Assembly (NCBI GenBank): GCA_964645485.1
Contig: CAZXZO010000012.1
Coordinates: 1 to 36,775 of the forward strand
Direction: 5' to 3'
Length of the DNA: 36,775 nt
Origin: an uncultured Candidatus Poseidoniales archaeon
GTDB taxonomy: Archaea; Thermoplasmatota; Poseidoniia; Poseidoniales; Thalassarchaeaceae
Shown: positions 19,701-27,913 of the stretch, one piece after another
How positions within the stretch are numbered: position 1 is the stretch's first letter
How the letters are laid out: the number at the start of each line of letters is the position of its first letter
Made by a program: the position numbers and the translations under genes
The notes under the pieces: model-generated
What the model was told of the DNA's origin: nothing
Seen by the model: the letters and a program-made list of their open reading frames with translations, nothing else
The model's database searches: none

Positions 19701-20507
19701 GCATATGAAGCGGCTCTTGATGAAGATGGAAAAGTCAGTGCAAGTGGTCGCTTTGGCCGCTTGTTAGAATCAGAATTAGCAGCTGATTCAAGCGCCCTTT
19801 TAGCAATTGAATGGCCTTTAACTAGCAACGATAAGGAGCAAGGAATCATGTTGCAATTACCGGAATCAGGAGAATCCACCCCTCCAGGTATTCGTTTAAG
19901 GGGAACCATAGACCGAGTCGAATTAATTCCATTCCCGGAATCAGATGGCAGTTTTATCAATGATTTAGGTGAACAATTAGAATGTCCTCTTGACTTAGAT
20001 TTAGGCGAATCTTGGAATGCTCAGCGCCTAGTTGTAATTAGAGACCTGAAATCACTTGAAGGACCGGGTAAAGGCAAATCAGGAGATCGTCACACTAGAG
20101 AACTTCTAGAAGGTATACAACTGGCTTTGTATGCTCGAGCATGGGAAGTAACACATCCTGGTGACAGAGTAATCGGAGTTGGGATTTCTGAGGTGGGTGA
20201 GGAAAGTGGGCTTTACATTGAAGCGGACCCAGAATACCAAACCTATCTCTCGAGTCTAGGAATTGGGAATGTAGCGTGTACCACACAATCTCTTTATCGT
20301 CGGCCGAATGAAAGTAATGATTCACCATCCAGTAATCCATTCAGAGCATGGATGCGCCATCGTTTGACTGCTGCTTTGCGTATTGGGGATATGTCCGAAA
20401 ATGGTAGAGTAATTCCTACGCCTAGTGACCTAACCTGTACTTATTGTCCGGTGAAGCAAGCGTGTGGTTTGGCGCCAACTGTGGGAGGTGACCGCAAATG
20501 GAATTGA
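16701..20507 (+). CDS. addB: AddB/RexB (AdnA)-like subunit: inactive helicase-like N-terminus plus PD-(D/E)XK nuclease with a four-Cys Fe-S motif
   Basis: SPSRLSQWLSCPRKGW, RGLLIHEV, LRGTIDRVE, IRDLK, QLALYA, CTYCPVKQAC. No Walker A motif is seen. Directly upstream of, and overlapping, a UvrD-type helicase-nuclease. Start may be ATG 16734. Confidence 0.8.
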   Translation: MQEKSSSPTITMEEIPPAHVPEWLSLHFEEQMQDPRSLNRGGPAQLLTIHPTESARRATLNNLAKGGKKDGPIDRTIHHTLDSLVSSLHAELRLPRLLPAGGPFSILLHAECKKAAKALQFPLMHSLPDQHWGRGKSRDLSNLNHSLKEELVTSKASPDLQSFRKLLTGLSNKLGGMHGDEQLSELVNILEKINDSDVPFGLSRIDGIILLDHPPTVSPLRQRLILSLARFKPLHVLANSGSHRLGVHGFVPNDISAIRDSADLPDWIPDHSPFSRSQLSNIEEQKKQPIRMLIPRIERSIQSTHALIDSAINSESPPDSILIIDPSAESNHDIWSAMLKSFGFHLPIRSAPLKESPGVHWLSAMISLGHFEDAWSLPQLRALAVQQTLQFEEEWMTASQHPTIADLTPYPDVEILEQVSRGFHLLGGQGALFRWLHALARKPIANSYQNEEDLCRRHESTQWWLLCLANRLRPLLSSIDVSALDASLVSIGCFSGERLPIPEPAQSGDEWFNQFGSMLHWHLLTSNLDGGVNRTISGLQKLFDSHTTLRKSQRLLGHSQPVTGLDWVDELLTLIDSSSLSGKQVASSKLKLLTPDEALGCSADLVMLTHLDSESWNTSPPSISGLSESERSELGVLPPDNRLRESRHCWNHLLSCGSEVIVLDAHDDDSAQPSTPLSEWLAATKWDPASPPSLPDFIPPGDVFRMDGGKESRWGLSFIEGEGPFLCARPSDIISSGDGRFELVVTGNHQRDHRQRDGIEIHNARYPMQEPLNPSAITIPLDATLVEDRISRQPRIGSEEQPYLDSNKTGEIVTVDELKMTPTSRGPKVSPPRLNPSWPTIGLKVKSSKAMSIDPRPLRPNATGINDHDLRHGFSGGPSRKTKIWSPSRLSQWLSCPRKGWLSTRLRAEGDDDEDDDVDVRTRGLLIHEVWADFICEFLGMEVAIERDNLTPHSLGAARIDESSLRTRLLELIDERAPWLRHSDAIATVRRLDLVGLDLEAYEAALDEDGKVSASGRFGRLLESELAADSSALLAIEWPLTSNDKEQGIMLQLPESGESTPPGIRLRGTIDRVELIPFPESDGSFINDLGEQLECPLDLDLGESWNAQRLVVIRDLKSLEGPGKGKSGDRHTRELLEGIQLALYARAWEVTHPGDRVIGVGISEVGEESGLYIEADPEYQTYLSSLGIGNVACTTQSLYRRPNESNDSPSSNPFRAWMRHRLTAALRIGDMSENGRVIPTPSDLTCTYCPVKQACGLAPTVGGDRKWN

Positions 20508-23500
20508 ATCGCGGCCAAACACTTGGATTAAATCTAGACATGCACATAGTCCTAGATGCTGGTGCAGGTACTGGAAAAACCGCGACAATTGTTCAAAGAG
20601 TTTTGGAGCACTACCTTTCAGAAGACCAGAGAGCGACTAGACTGCTTCCAGCAGGTCCACGTGAGGTTGATTTTGGTGGCGGTTTACTTCAATCCGCTGC
20701 TAAAGATAGGGAAGACATGGTGAAGTGGCGGGGATTGCTTCCTACCGAAGTTGTGGTGTTAACTTTCACAGTGAAAGCAGCCGAAGAAATGCGCGACCGG
20801 ATGCGCACCGAACTTGCTCGCTTGCGTTCTGGTCCTAGGGGCGAAAGGGATGGATTACGATACGACCCGCGTATCCGAAATGAAGGTTTGATAGAACAAT
20901 TGACAATGTTACTTGATGAGGCTCCTATCGGTACTATTGACTCATTTCTAAATCGGTTGGTATCGGCGCACCGAAGTCTACTTGGAGACAGGCCAACTCA
21001 TCAGCAAATGTCTGATGCACAACGAGCATTGTTGATGGAACGGGCAATGAGTTCACTCTGGCGAATTCGTAATGAAAAACATGCGGGTGACTTGCGGATA
21101 AATTCGGTTACTCCAGAACAATTCATCAAGGCTCGCAATCGACTTTCACATCAAATGGGTGGCCGCTCCCGCAGTCAGAAAATTGTTGCGAAATTACTCC
21201 ATAATTCAATTTTTGTAGACTCAGTTCGCAGGTCATTGGAATCACATGCAGGAGTAGTAAATGCCGATGCACTGCGCAACAGCTTCCTCTCCCATATTGA
21301 GGAACAGGAGATTAGGAATTTTGCCCAAACCCTCCACACAATTGGTGATGATTGGTTGGCTGCTTCAAAAGAACGCTCTGCAGAATTAGGTTTGGTTGAA
21401 GCACTGCAAAATGAGACTAGAGTAAATTCTCTAGATACGCTGGTTAGTGCAGGTGTACCTGATGATTTATGGGACCAATTATTGTGGATTCGTCATTTCA
21501 CTTTAGCAACATGTAGCATGGCCTCGATTGAGAAAATTATACCATCTGTATTTTCGAGAAATCTACTACCCAAAGGTGATGGTTGGCCATCGGGTGTGAA
21601 TGCACTTGGCTCAATCAAAGACAAAGCAGTCCGTGATGGAATCAAAGAAATCATGGTTGATGCACAAAATCGCGCCAAAACCCATTATGGTTCAATCGAA
21701 GGGATGAGGGTAAGGGCCTGTGCAGCAATTGCTGATTTGTTGGACCCAAGAGATGGCCCACCGTGCTGTCCTGCAGACTCTGATGTCCATCTGCAAAGAA
21801 TCTCAGATCCGTTCCCTACTTATGTTGGTGATGCGCCTTTGGCTCTTGATGCTGAATGCGACGCACGTATCATTTCAGACCTACTAATTGTGCACAAAGC
21901 CTCTCAAGATGTGTTAACTGAATTACGTCTTTTAGAGGGATTGCATGACCATTCTGATGTATCAGATTCGGCTGAGGATTTACTTCTTGCGCGCTGTCCA
22001 AGAGTTTGTTCAAGATGGTATCCAAGAGATATTGTCTCTGCACTTAATGCAATTGATGATTCAAAACCTTGGCGGGATGAGCACATTATTTCAGCACTAA
22101 ATTTGTGTGGTAATCCCGAACAAAATGAGATTTCAGAGCACCATAAAGAATATCCAATGAAACTGGTGAAAGATGATTTGGTAAGGAGGTATGAAGTCCT
22201 CAAAACAATACGAAGACGGTTCCGAGCATTCATCATTGATGAAGCCCAAGATAACTCAAATCAGCAGTGGCGACTTCTCTCAAGACTCTGGGGAGAGAGA
22301 GAGCAGAAAGATGGTGACCCCGAACCACCAAATTCACCATGGCAACCTACCGTTTGTTGGGTTGGTGACCAAAAACAGAGCATATACGGTTTCCGTCAAG
22401 CCCAAGTGAGTGGAATGGCAAGATACACAGTTCATCTTCGGGCTATCAATGAGCATGAATATGCCACAGAATCAAGATTATTGATGAAGCCAGCATTACG
22501 CCGTCGAGATTCTGCACGTGATCCAAGATTAGTGGACATCAGTAGTTTCGTCACCGGCCTTGAATACGTCAATCATCGTCCAATTCCAGAAGAAGCATGG
22601 ATAAAATTTGACCGTGGGGATGATGATAGAAGGTTAGAGCATACAGATGTTATTCGCCGTACTCAAGGCCATGTTGACCTTGTCACAAATTACCGAACGT
22701 GCCAAGACTTACTTTTGACGATGAATCAATGGTGGATTGACCTTTTTGATGACAGGCACAACTTATTCCCAGGTGATTGGTATGCTTCACCAAAGGATTT
22801 ACGGGCATATCGAGATGAAGAAAATGGTCGTCTTGAATGGTTGTTACCAATTTCTACCGAAGAAGCAAGTGACCCAAGCTCAGATTTGACGGTCCCATTA
22901 GATCCATTCGAGTTAGGTGCAGATGCGAAACAAGTTCACCTTGAACATGAATTGGTTGCTGCTAGAATTCGGGCAATGATTGATGGTGTGGAGCCATCAG
23001 TTCTAACAGCTCAAGAAAGTGATGAGTTAGAGCAAACTGGAGAAGACAATGAAACTCAAATCCATGATGTTGAGCCAATTGAACCACGAGATATCATGGT
23101 GTTAATGCCTGCACGAACCCACATGTATGACCTCATTCGTCGGCTTGATGACCTTGGGATCCCGGCGTTAGCAGACCAAGATGGTGGCTTGCTTGAGCAA
23201 CCAGTTGTGAGTTCATTAGCGGCTCTTCTTCAATTGTCTGCAAGACGGGGTGACATAAGCCGGGCAGCCACACTTGCTAGGACACCACTTGTTGGATTCA
23301 ATGATTCCCAGTTAGAGGATTTCATTTCTGACAGGAAAGGTTCATCCGATTTGTTAGAACGATTACAATCCCATGCTATTAGTGATGCCCAAAAGGCACT
23401 ATTTGAACGCTGGAAACAACTCTCTGACTGTAATAGAATAGTTCCAATGTTAGAAGAAACAGTCGACCACTCAGACTTGCTGATTGCATACCCTAGTCAA

Positions 23501-25486
23501 GTAGACAGGCAATACGCAGAGCAATTTTTGTCCCTCATCCGCTCACAAATGGCAGAATCTGGAGGCGACCCAGTACTCTTGGCAGAACGAATCAATGTGC
23601 TAACGTCAATCAAAGGAAAACTGATTCTTGGTGAAGCGATGCCTGCTTCAAATGCTGTTAGAGTGATGACGATTCATGGCTCCAAAGGATTGCAATCCAA
23701 GGTAGTTATTGTCTGCGGAATATTCTCAGAAAATCAAAGCAATCTAGGTCAATCAAGGCGCGATAACATCTTGGTATCCGAACAAATGTTTTCACCTCGG
23801 TCAAAACCATGGAAAAGTAGAGATGCAATTGATAGTGGTAGTTGGCGCCTTTCTACCGAAGTTCTCACCTCTCAAGTTCAGGCAGAAGCACGGCGTTTAC
23901 TCTATGTTGCTTGTACTAGGGTCAAAGATTTACTAATACTTGCAGGTGCACCGAAAAACTCAACAATCGACCAAAATGAAGGTGAAATTAGCATCTCATG
24001 GGGTCACAAACCGACTCCAAGGTTTGGTTGGATGTGGCTCGAAGCAATTCGACAGGCCGCTAGGCGTGATGGGTTACTAACCGCACCATGGTTAATTGAT
24101 GATGATGCATCTCTTCCTGTACCACTGCCATTCAGAGGCAAAGGTGAGGTGACAATTTCACCGAGCGAAATGCTGACTACTCCTCATTTGGCACCAGGTT
24201 TACTCCCATCATTGAAAATCTATCACCATCCAGATTTCATCCTGCCTCAACGCCAACACCTCTCGCCATTAGTGAAGTTCACCCGTCTACAAGAGAGTGC
24301 TAGATTAGTGAACCCTGAAACAATTGATTTGGCTCCACCTCGAAAGACTAATCGAAAATTACGCCTTGCGCCACACACACTTGACTCAGCCAAATTGTGT
24401 GTACGTCGTCATTGGCTCAGTCAGTACGTCGGGATTTCAAGCGAACCGGTCAAATTACCGTTTATTCCTAGAAGTGACGACCAGCCATCAGGTGATTACA
24501 TCCCGCTCGCGGCAAACGAACTCGGTTCTCTTTTCCATCGGCTGGTTGAACTTGGTTTGCCCAATCCAGGAATTTCAGGTGAGAACCCTTCTACCCCACT
24601 TTCTGAACAGTGGGTATCTCCTTCACCAAATTTGATGATGGATTCAACACTAATTTCTCAAGTTCTTGATGAGCTTCTGCCTGCCTCCGCAGATAGAGAT
24701 TTAGCGTCTAAAATGCTAAAGAAACTGGCTGAAGTCCTCCTCAACGGAAAATTAGGAAGGCTCGTTCAAGGTGAAACAATTGATGGATTGTATGTTGAAG
24801 GATTGAGGACTGAGTGGCCTTTCCTCATCAATATTGAACAATCACTTAGTGATGTAATGGAGCATAGCTGGAGTCCATTTGGCAACCAAATTGTGGAACA
24901 GATTACATCATTGACTTTTGAGTTAGATGGAATTGCTGATTTGGTCCTGTGTCAAACCGATGGCCAATCCCAAAACACAATTCGAGCAATTGATTTGAAG
25001 ACAACTGGAGGCCTTTCAATACTCAATCAACCTGATGAAGTTGAAGGAACAATCTTTGAGATTCCAACTGATAAGGATGATGAAATCAATCGTACAGAAG
25101 CAGAACTGGATTTATTGACCCATTACAGAATGCAACTCTACCTCTACCATCTCTGCTTAGTTCGCCAAGAAGCCATGAGAAAAAAACTTGGAATGCCTAC
25201 AAGAGAAGTGTTGCGCCCGGGGATTTTAGTTGCTTCAACAGGCAGACTAATTTCATGGACGAAAGAAGAATTTGACCAAATTGGTGAAGAATTTGATGAC
25301 CTTATCAAGGCACTTGCATTGGTGGAAGTTAAGGAGAAAGGTGACGAAGTGAACTTCCCTAGATTACCGATTGAAGAAGAGCAAACATGTCGTCAATGCC
25401 CGTACTATCGTGGCAACATTCGTTTATGTGCTCCAGATGGTATTGCCTTAGGTGCTGTAGAATCTGATGAAATTGATTTGAATTGA
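20498..25486 (+). CDS. addA: AddA/RexA (AdnB)-like UvrD/SF1A helicase-nuclease
   Basis: Motif I AGAGTGKT, Ia VLTFTVKAAEEM, GTIDSF, II IIDEAQD, III VGDQKQSIYGFR, IV NYRT, V TIHGSKGLQ, VI RRLLYVACTR. C-terminal nuclease GSLFH...DGIADLV...IDLKT...QLYLY. Confidence 0.88.
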   Translation: MELNRGQTLGLNLDMHIVLDAGAGTGKTATIVQRVLEHYLSEDQRATRLLPAGPREVDFGGGLLQSAAKDREDMVKWRGLLPTEVVVLTFTVKAAEEMRDRMRTELARLRSGPRGERDGLRYDPRIRNEGLIEQLTMLLDEAPIGTIDSFLNRLVSAHRSLLGDRPTHQQMSDAQRALLMERAMSSLWRIRNEKHAGDLRINSVTPEQFIKARNRLSHQMGGRSRSQKIVAKLLHNSIFVDSVRRSLESHAGVVNADALRNSFLSHIEEQEIRNFAQTLHTIGDDWLAASKERSAELGLVEALQNETRVNSLDTLVSAGVPDDLWDQLLWIRHFTLATCSMASIEKIIPSVFSRNLLPKGDGWPSGVNALGSIKDKAVRDGIKEIMVDAQNRAKTHYGSIEGMRVRACAAIADLLDPRDGPPCCPADSDVHLQRISDPFPTYVGDAPLALDAECDARIISDLLIVHKASQDVLTELRLLEGLHDHSDVSDSAEDLLLARCPRVCSRWYPRDIVSALNAIDDSKPWRDEHIISALNLCGNPEQNEISEHHKEYPMKLVKDDLVRRYEVLKTIRRRFRAFIIDEAQDNSNQQWRLLSRLWGEREQKDGDPEPPNSPWQPTVCWVGDQKQSIYGFRQAQVSGMARYTVHLRAINEHEYATESRLLMKPALRRRDSARDPRLVDISSFVTGLEYVNHRPIPEEAWIKFDRGDDDRRLEHTDVIRRTQGHVDLVTNYRTCQDLLLTMNQWWIDLFDDRHNLFPGDWYASPKDLRAYRDEENGRLEWLLPISTEEASDPSSDLTVPLDPFELGADAKQVHLEHELVAARIRAMIDGVEPSVLTAQESDELEQTGEDNETQIHDVEPIEPRDIMVLMPARTHMYDLIRRLDDLGIPALADQDGGLLEQPVVSSLAALLQLSARRGDISRAATLARTPLVGFNDSQLEDFISDRKGSSDLLERLQSHAISDAQKALFERWKQLSDCNRIVPMLEETVDHSDLLIAYPSQVDRQYAEQFLSLIRSQMAESGGDPVLLAERINVLTSIKGKLILGEAMPASNAVRVMTIHGSKGLQSKVVIVCGIFSENQSNLGQSRRDNILVSEQMFSPRSKPWKSRDAIDSGSWRLSTEVLTSQVQAEARRLLYVACTRVKDLLILAGAPKNSTIDQNEGEISISWGHKPTPRFGWMWLEAIRQAARRDGLLTAPWLIDDDASLPVPLPFRGKGEVTISPSEMLTTPHLAPGLLPSLKIYHHPDFILPQRQHLSPLVKFTRLQESARLVNPETIDLAPPRKTNRKLRLAPHTLDSAKLCVRRHWLSQYVGISSEPVKLPFIPRSDDQPSGDYIPLAANELGSLFHRLVELGLPNPGISGENPSTPLSEQWVSPSPNLMMDSTLISQVLDELLPASADRDLASKMLKKLAEVLLNGKLGRLVQGETIDGLYVEGLRTEWPFLINIEQSLSDVMEHSWSPFGNQIVEQITSLTFELDGIADLVLCQTDGQSQNTIRAIDLKTTGGLSILNQPDEVEGTIFEIPTDKDDEINRTEAELDLLTHYRMQLYLYHLCLVRQEAMRKKLGMPTREVLRPGILVASTGRLISWTKEEFDQIGEEFDDLIKALALVEVKEKGDEVNFPRLPIEEEQTCRQCPYYRGNIRLCAPDGIALGAVESDEIDLN

Positions 25487-25502
25487 TTGGTTTTTGCCAA
25501 AG

Positions 25503-25537
25503 CATCGGGTGAATTTTGAAAATTTACCAAACCGATG
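25503..25537 (+). terminator. Imperfect stem-loop after the addA stop, a possible terminator or processing stem
   Basis: CATCGG/CCGATG outer stem and GTGAATTT/AAATTTAC inner stem with one G-U pair and a bulge. Confidence 0.3.
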
Positions 25538-25568
25538 ATTCAATGGGTACTACCCTTTGGCCCACCGT

Positions 25569-26993
25569 ATGAGCGCGACCGATGCGATTGATTGGGACAA
25601 GATGACGGAGTTTACTGAATCAGTGTGGGAGGATTCTGCACTACCAAGTTTAGAAGAATTCATCAAGATTCCAGCACTTTCCCCGGCATTTGACTCAAAC
25701 TGGGAGGCAAACGGCCACTTAGACAAGACAATTGAGCATTTTCTTGGCTGGCTTGATTCAATAGAAATTGACGGATTATCGGCAACAGTCCACAGTTTAG
25801 AAGGCAGAACTCCTGTATTACTGCTCAAAGTTGCGGGCACCGGTGAAGGAGAAGTTTTGTTCTATTCTCACTTAGATAAACAACCAGAATTCACTGGCTG
25901 GTCAGAAGGAAAAGGGCCTTGGATCCCTGTTCGAGAAGACCCGTGGCTGTTCGGAAGAGGCTCTGTGGACGACGGTTATGGTGGATATTGTGGTCTCATT
26001 TCTTTGATGGCATTACAAAATCAAGGCATGGCTCACCCAAGTTGCACCTTCCTCATCGAAACCTGTGAAGAGAGTGGTTCTCCCGATTTGCCCTATTACC
26101 TCGAAGAACTCAAAGAAGATCTTGGCACACCAGATTTGGTAGTGGTCCTTGATTCAGGATTGGGCGACTATGAGCGCATTTGGGTCACTGAAAGCCTGCG
26201 CGGATTAGTTGGTGGCACACTGACAGTTAGTGTAACTTCAGAAGGAGTGCATTCAGGTATGGCTAGTGGAGTTATTCCATCATCATTTAGGCTCACTCGC
26301 CAACTCCTTTCTCGGTTGGAAGATGAAGAAACTGGTGAGTTGATTCCTGATTGGCTACACATTGACATCTCAGATAAATTGCGAGAAGATTCAGCCGAAA
26401 TTGTAAGTGTTTTAGGTGAAGCCTTGATTACAGATTTCCCTTTTTTAGATGGGGTACGTCCTCAACATGAGGATTTAGTTGAAGCCTTGTTGGCGCAAAA
26501 TTGGAAGCCAACACTTTCTATTACCGGGGCTGAAGGAATGCCAACCCTTGCTAATGCTGGAAATGTACTTCGCACTCATACATCTCTAAAATTGAGCGTG
26601 CGAATTCCACCAGGTGTTGATTCTGAAATGGCTTCTTCCAAATTGCAAGAATTAATGGAGTCAGACCCGCCATTTGGTGCTCATGTTACGTTTAAGCCAG
26701 AAACTGCAGCGAATGGATTTGCCGCTCCACCAATGCCTGCTGAAATTGCCGCGGCATTTAGTGAAGGTAGTTTGAGAACCTTCGGGGCGCCATCAATGCC
26801 GTTTTATGAAGGCGGAACCATTCCATTTTTGGCGATGATGCAAGAGTCCTACCCCGAGGCTCGCTTCCTTGTCACCGGATGTGCTGGGCCGGGCAACAAT
26901 GCCCATGGTCCGGATGAGAAATTACATATCCCTACAGTCAAACATCTAACCCAATGTGTTGCCGCTGCGCTCGCATCGATGTCAAATCAGTGA
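25569..26993 (+). CDS. M20/M25/M40 family metallopeptidase (ArgE/DapE-like, dipeptidase-type)
   Basis: Metal ligands and catalytic motifs YSHLDKQP, GRGSVDDGYG, CEESGS, VLDSG, NAHGPDE. ATG at 25569. Confidence 0.9.
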   Translation: MSATDAIDWDKMTEFTESVWEDSALPSLEEFIKIPALSPAFDSNWEANGHLDKTIEHFLGWLDSIEIDGLSATVHSLEGRTPVLLLKVAGTGEGEVLFYSHLDKQPEFTGWSEGKGPWIPVREDPWLFGRGSVDDGYGGYCGLISLMALQNQGMAHPSCTFLIETCEESGSPDLPYYLEELKEDLGTPDLVVVLDSGLGDYERIWVTESLRGLVGGTLTVSVTSEGVHSGMASGVIPSSFRLTRQLLSRLEDEETGELIPDWLHIDISDKLREDSAEIVSVLGEALITDFPFLDGVRPQHEDLVEALLAQNWKPTLSITGAEGMPTLANAGNVLRTHTSLKLSVRIPPGVDSEMASSKLQELMESDPPFGAHVTFKPETAANGFAAPPMPAEIAAAFSEGSLRTFGAPSMPFYEGGTIPFLAMMQESYPEARFLVTGCAGPGNNAHGPDEKLHIPTVKHLTQCVAAALASMSNQ

Positions 26994-27030
26994 ATCAGCC
27001 AATATTTGGAACATTTACAGTCGCTACTTA

Positions 27031-27049
27031 GCCGCCCCTATGGGGCGGC
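27031..27049. promoter_or_regulatory. GC-rich 8-bp inverted repeat GCCGCCCC-tat-GGGGCGGC immediately upstream of a TATA-like ATATATC
   Basis: Read directly. The TATA-like element at about 27052 is 26 nt before ATG 27078. Confidence 0.4.
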
Positions 27050-27077
27050 GGATATATCAAGGGCAAGCGAGTGGCGT

Positions 27078-27746
27078 ATGTCAGTGGTGAACATGTCAGA
27101 AGACGATGAAGGTACAATTACTCCCGAAGTTCGCCTCCGCCAATTAGAGGAGGAATTGTTGCAACAGACAGAACGTGTCACCAAGGTGTTTAGCGCCTTT
27201 GAGCAGGCAGAAAAGGAAATTGTTCAACTCAAAGCCGAGATTGAAGTACTTGAAAAAGAAGTCATTGACAAGGAAATTGAGCGTGAAGGATACGAGCAAT
27301 TACTTGGCGAAAAAGACCACCGAATCCGCGATTTGGAGTTAACCGGAGCCAAGAGAGGAAAGCAAGTTGATCATCTTGAGCCAGAACTTGAGATGATGGA
27401 AGAGAAATTCACTAGGGAAAAAGAACGTCTAACCCGCGTGTTCGAAATCGCAGAAGAGTTGGATAACGATCTCCGTCTAGCAGTTGCTGAACTAAAAGCA
27501 CGTGACGATTGGTATGTTGACCATATGCGTGTATTCGAAGACCTCAACAAGGCAATCAAGAATCGCTATGAGATGATTGAAAACGCTGTAGAAGCAGAAC
27601 GCAAGAGTCAACATATGCAGAGAGCAATCAATGAAAAATTGCAAGAAGCGATGGAGGCCCGTAGCGAAGAGGCAGCGGAAGATGCAGCCGCAGAAGATGC
27701 AGCAGCCGAAGTTGAAGCAGCAGTTGAAGTCAGCGAAGAAGAATGA
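27078..27746 (+). CDS. Hypothetical long coiled-coil protein with acidic Ala/Glu tail
   Basis: Continuous heptad-like E/K/L-rich helix with no TM segment. Start at ATG 27078 or 27093. The tail is encoded by degenerate 15-bp repeats at 27675-27731. Confidence 0.75.
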   Translation: MSVVNMSEDDEGTITPEVRLRQLEEELLQQTERVTKVFSAFEQAEKEIVQLKAEIEVLEKEVIDKEIEREGYEQLLGEKDHRIRDLELTGAKRGKQVDHLEPELEMMEEKFTREKERLTRVFEIAEELDNDLRLAVAELKARDDWYVDHMRVFEDLNKAIKNRYEMIENAVEAERKSQHMQRAINEKLQEAMEARSEEAAEDAAAEDAAAEVEAAVEVSEEE

Positions 27747-27794
27747 ATCTCCTCTGTTTGTTGATTGCGTATGCTATCATTGTGAATTAGTGCT

Positions 27795-27913
27795 CACCGT
27801 GTTTTCACTCTGATGATAAATCCCTAGAATTAATTTTCAGCGTGCTTTCACTCTGATGACAAATCCCCTGAATTAATTTTCACCGTGCTTTCACTCTGGT
27901 GGTAATTCACCTG
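27795..27913. repeat. Degenerate 43-bp tandem repeat, about 2.8 copies, overlapping the MFS stop codon
   Basis: Units start at 27795, 27838 and 27881. By manual comparison, units 1 and 2 match 38/43 and unit 3 matches unit 2 at 27 of its first 33 nt. Confidence 0.9.

Noticed and set aside
27675-27731. 15-bp repeats in the coiled-coil gene tail
   Set aside because: This is ordinary low-complexity Ala/Glu tail expansion.
27795-27913. CRISPR array, hammerhead ribozyme or C/D-box sRNA interpretation of the 43-bp repeats
   Set aside because: There are no unique spacers and no cas genes. CTGATGA is not followed by a stem II plus GAAA. The C-to-D spacings (7-8 nt) and the D'-to-C' gap (26 nt) do not fit archaeal guide RNAs.
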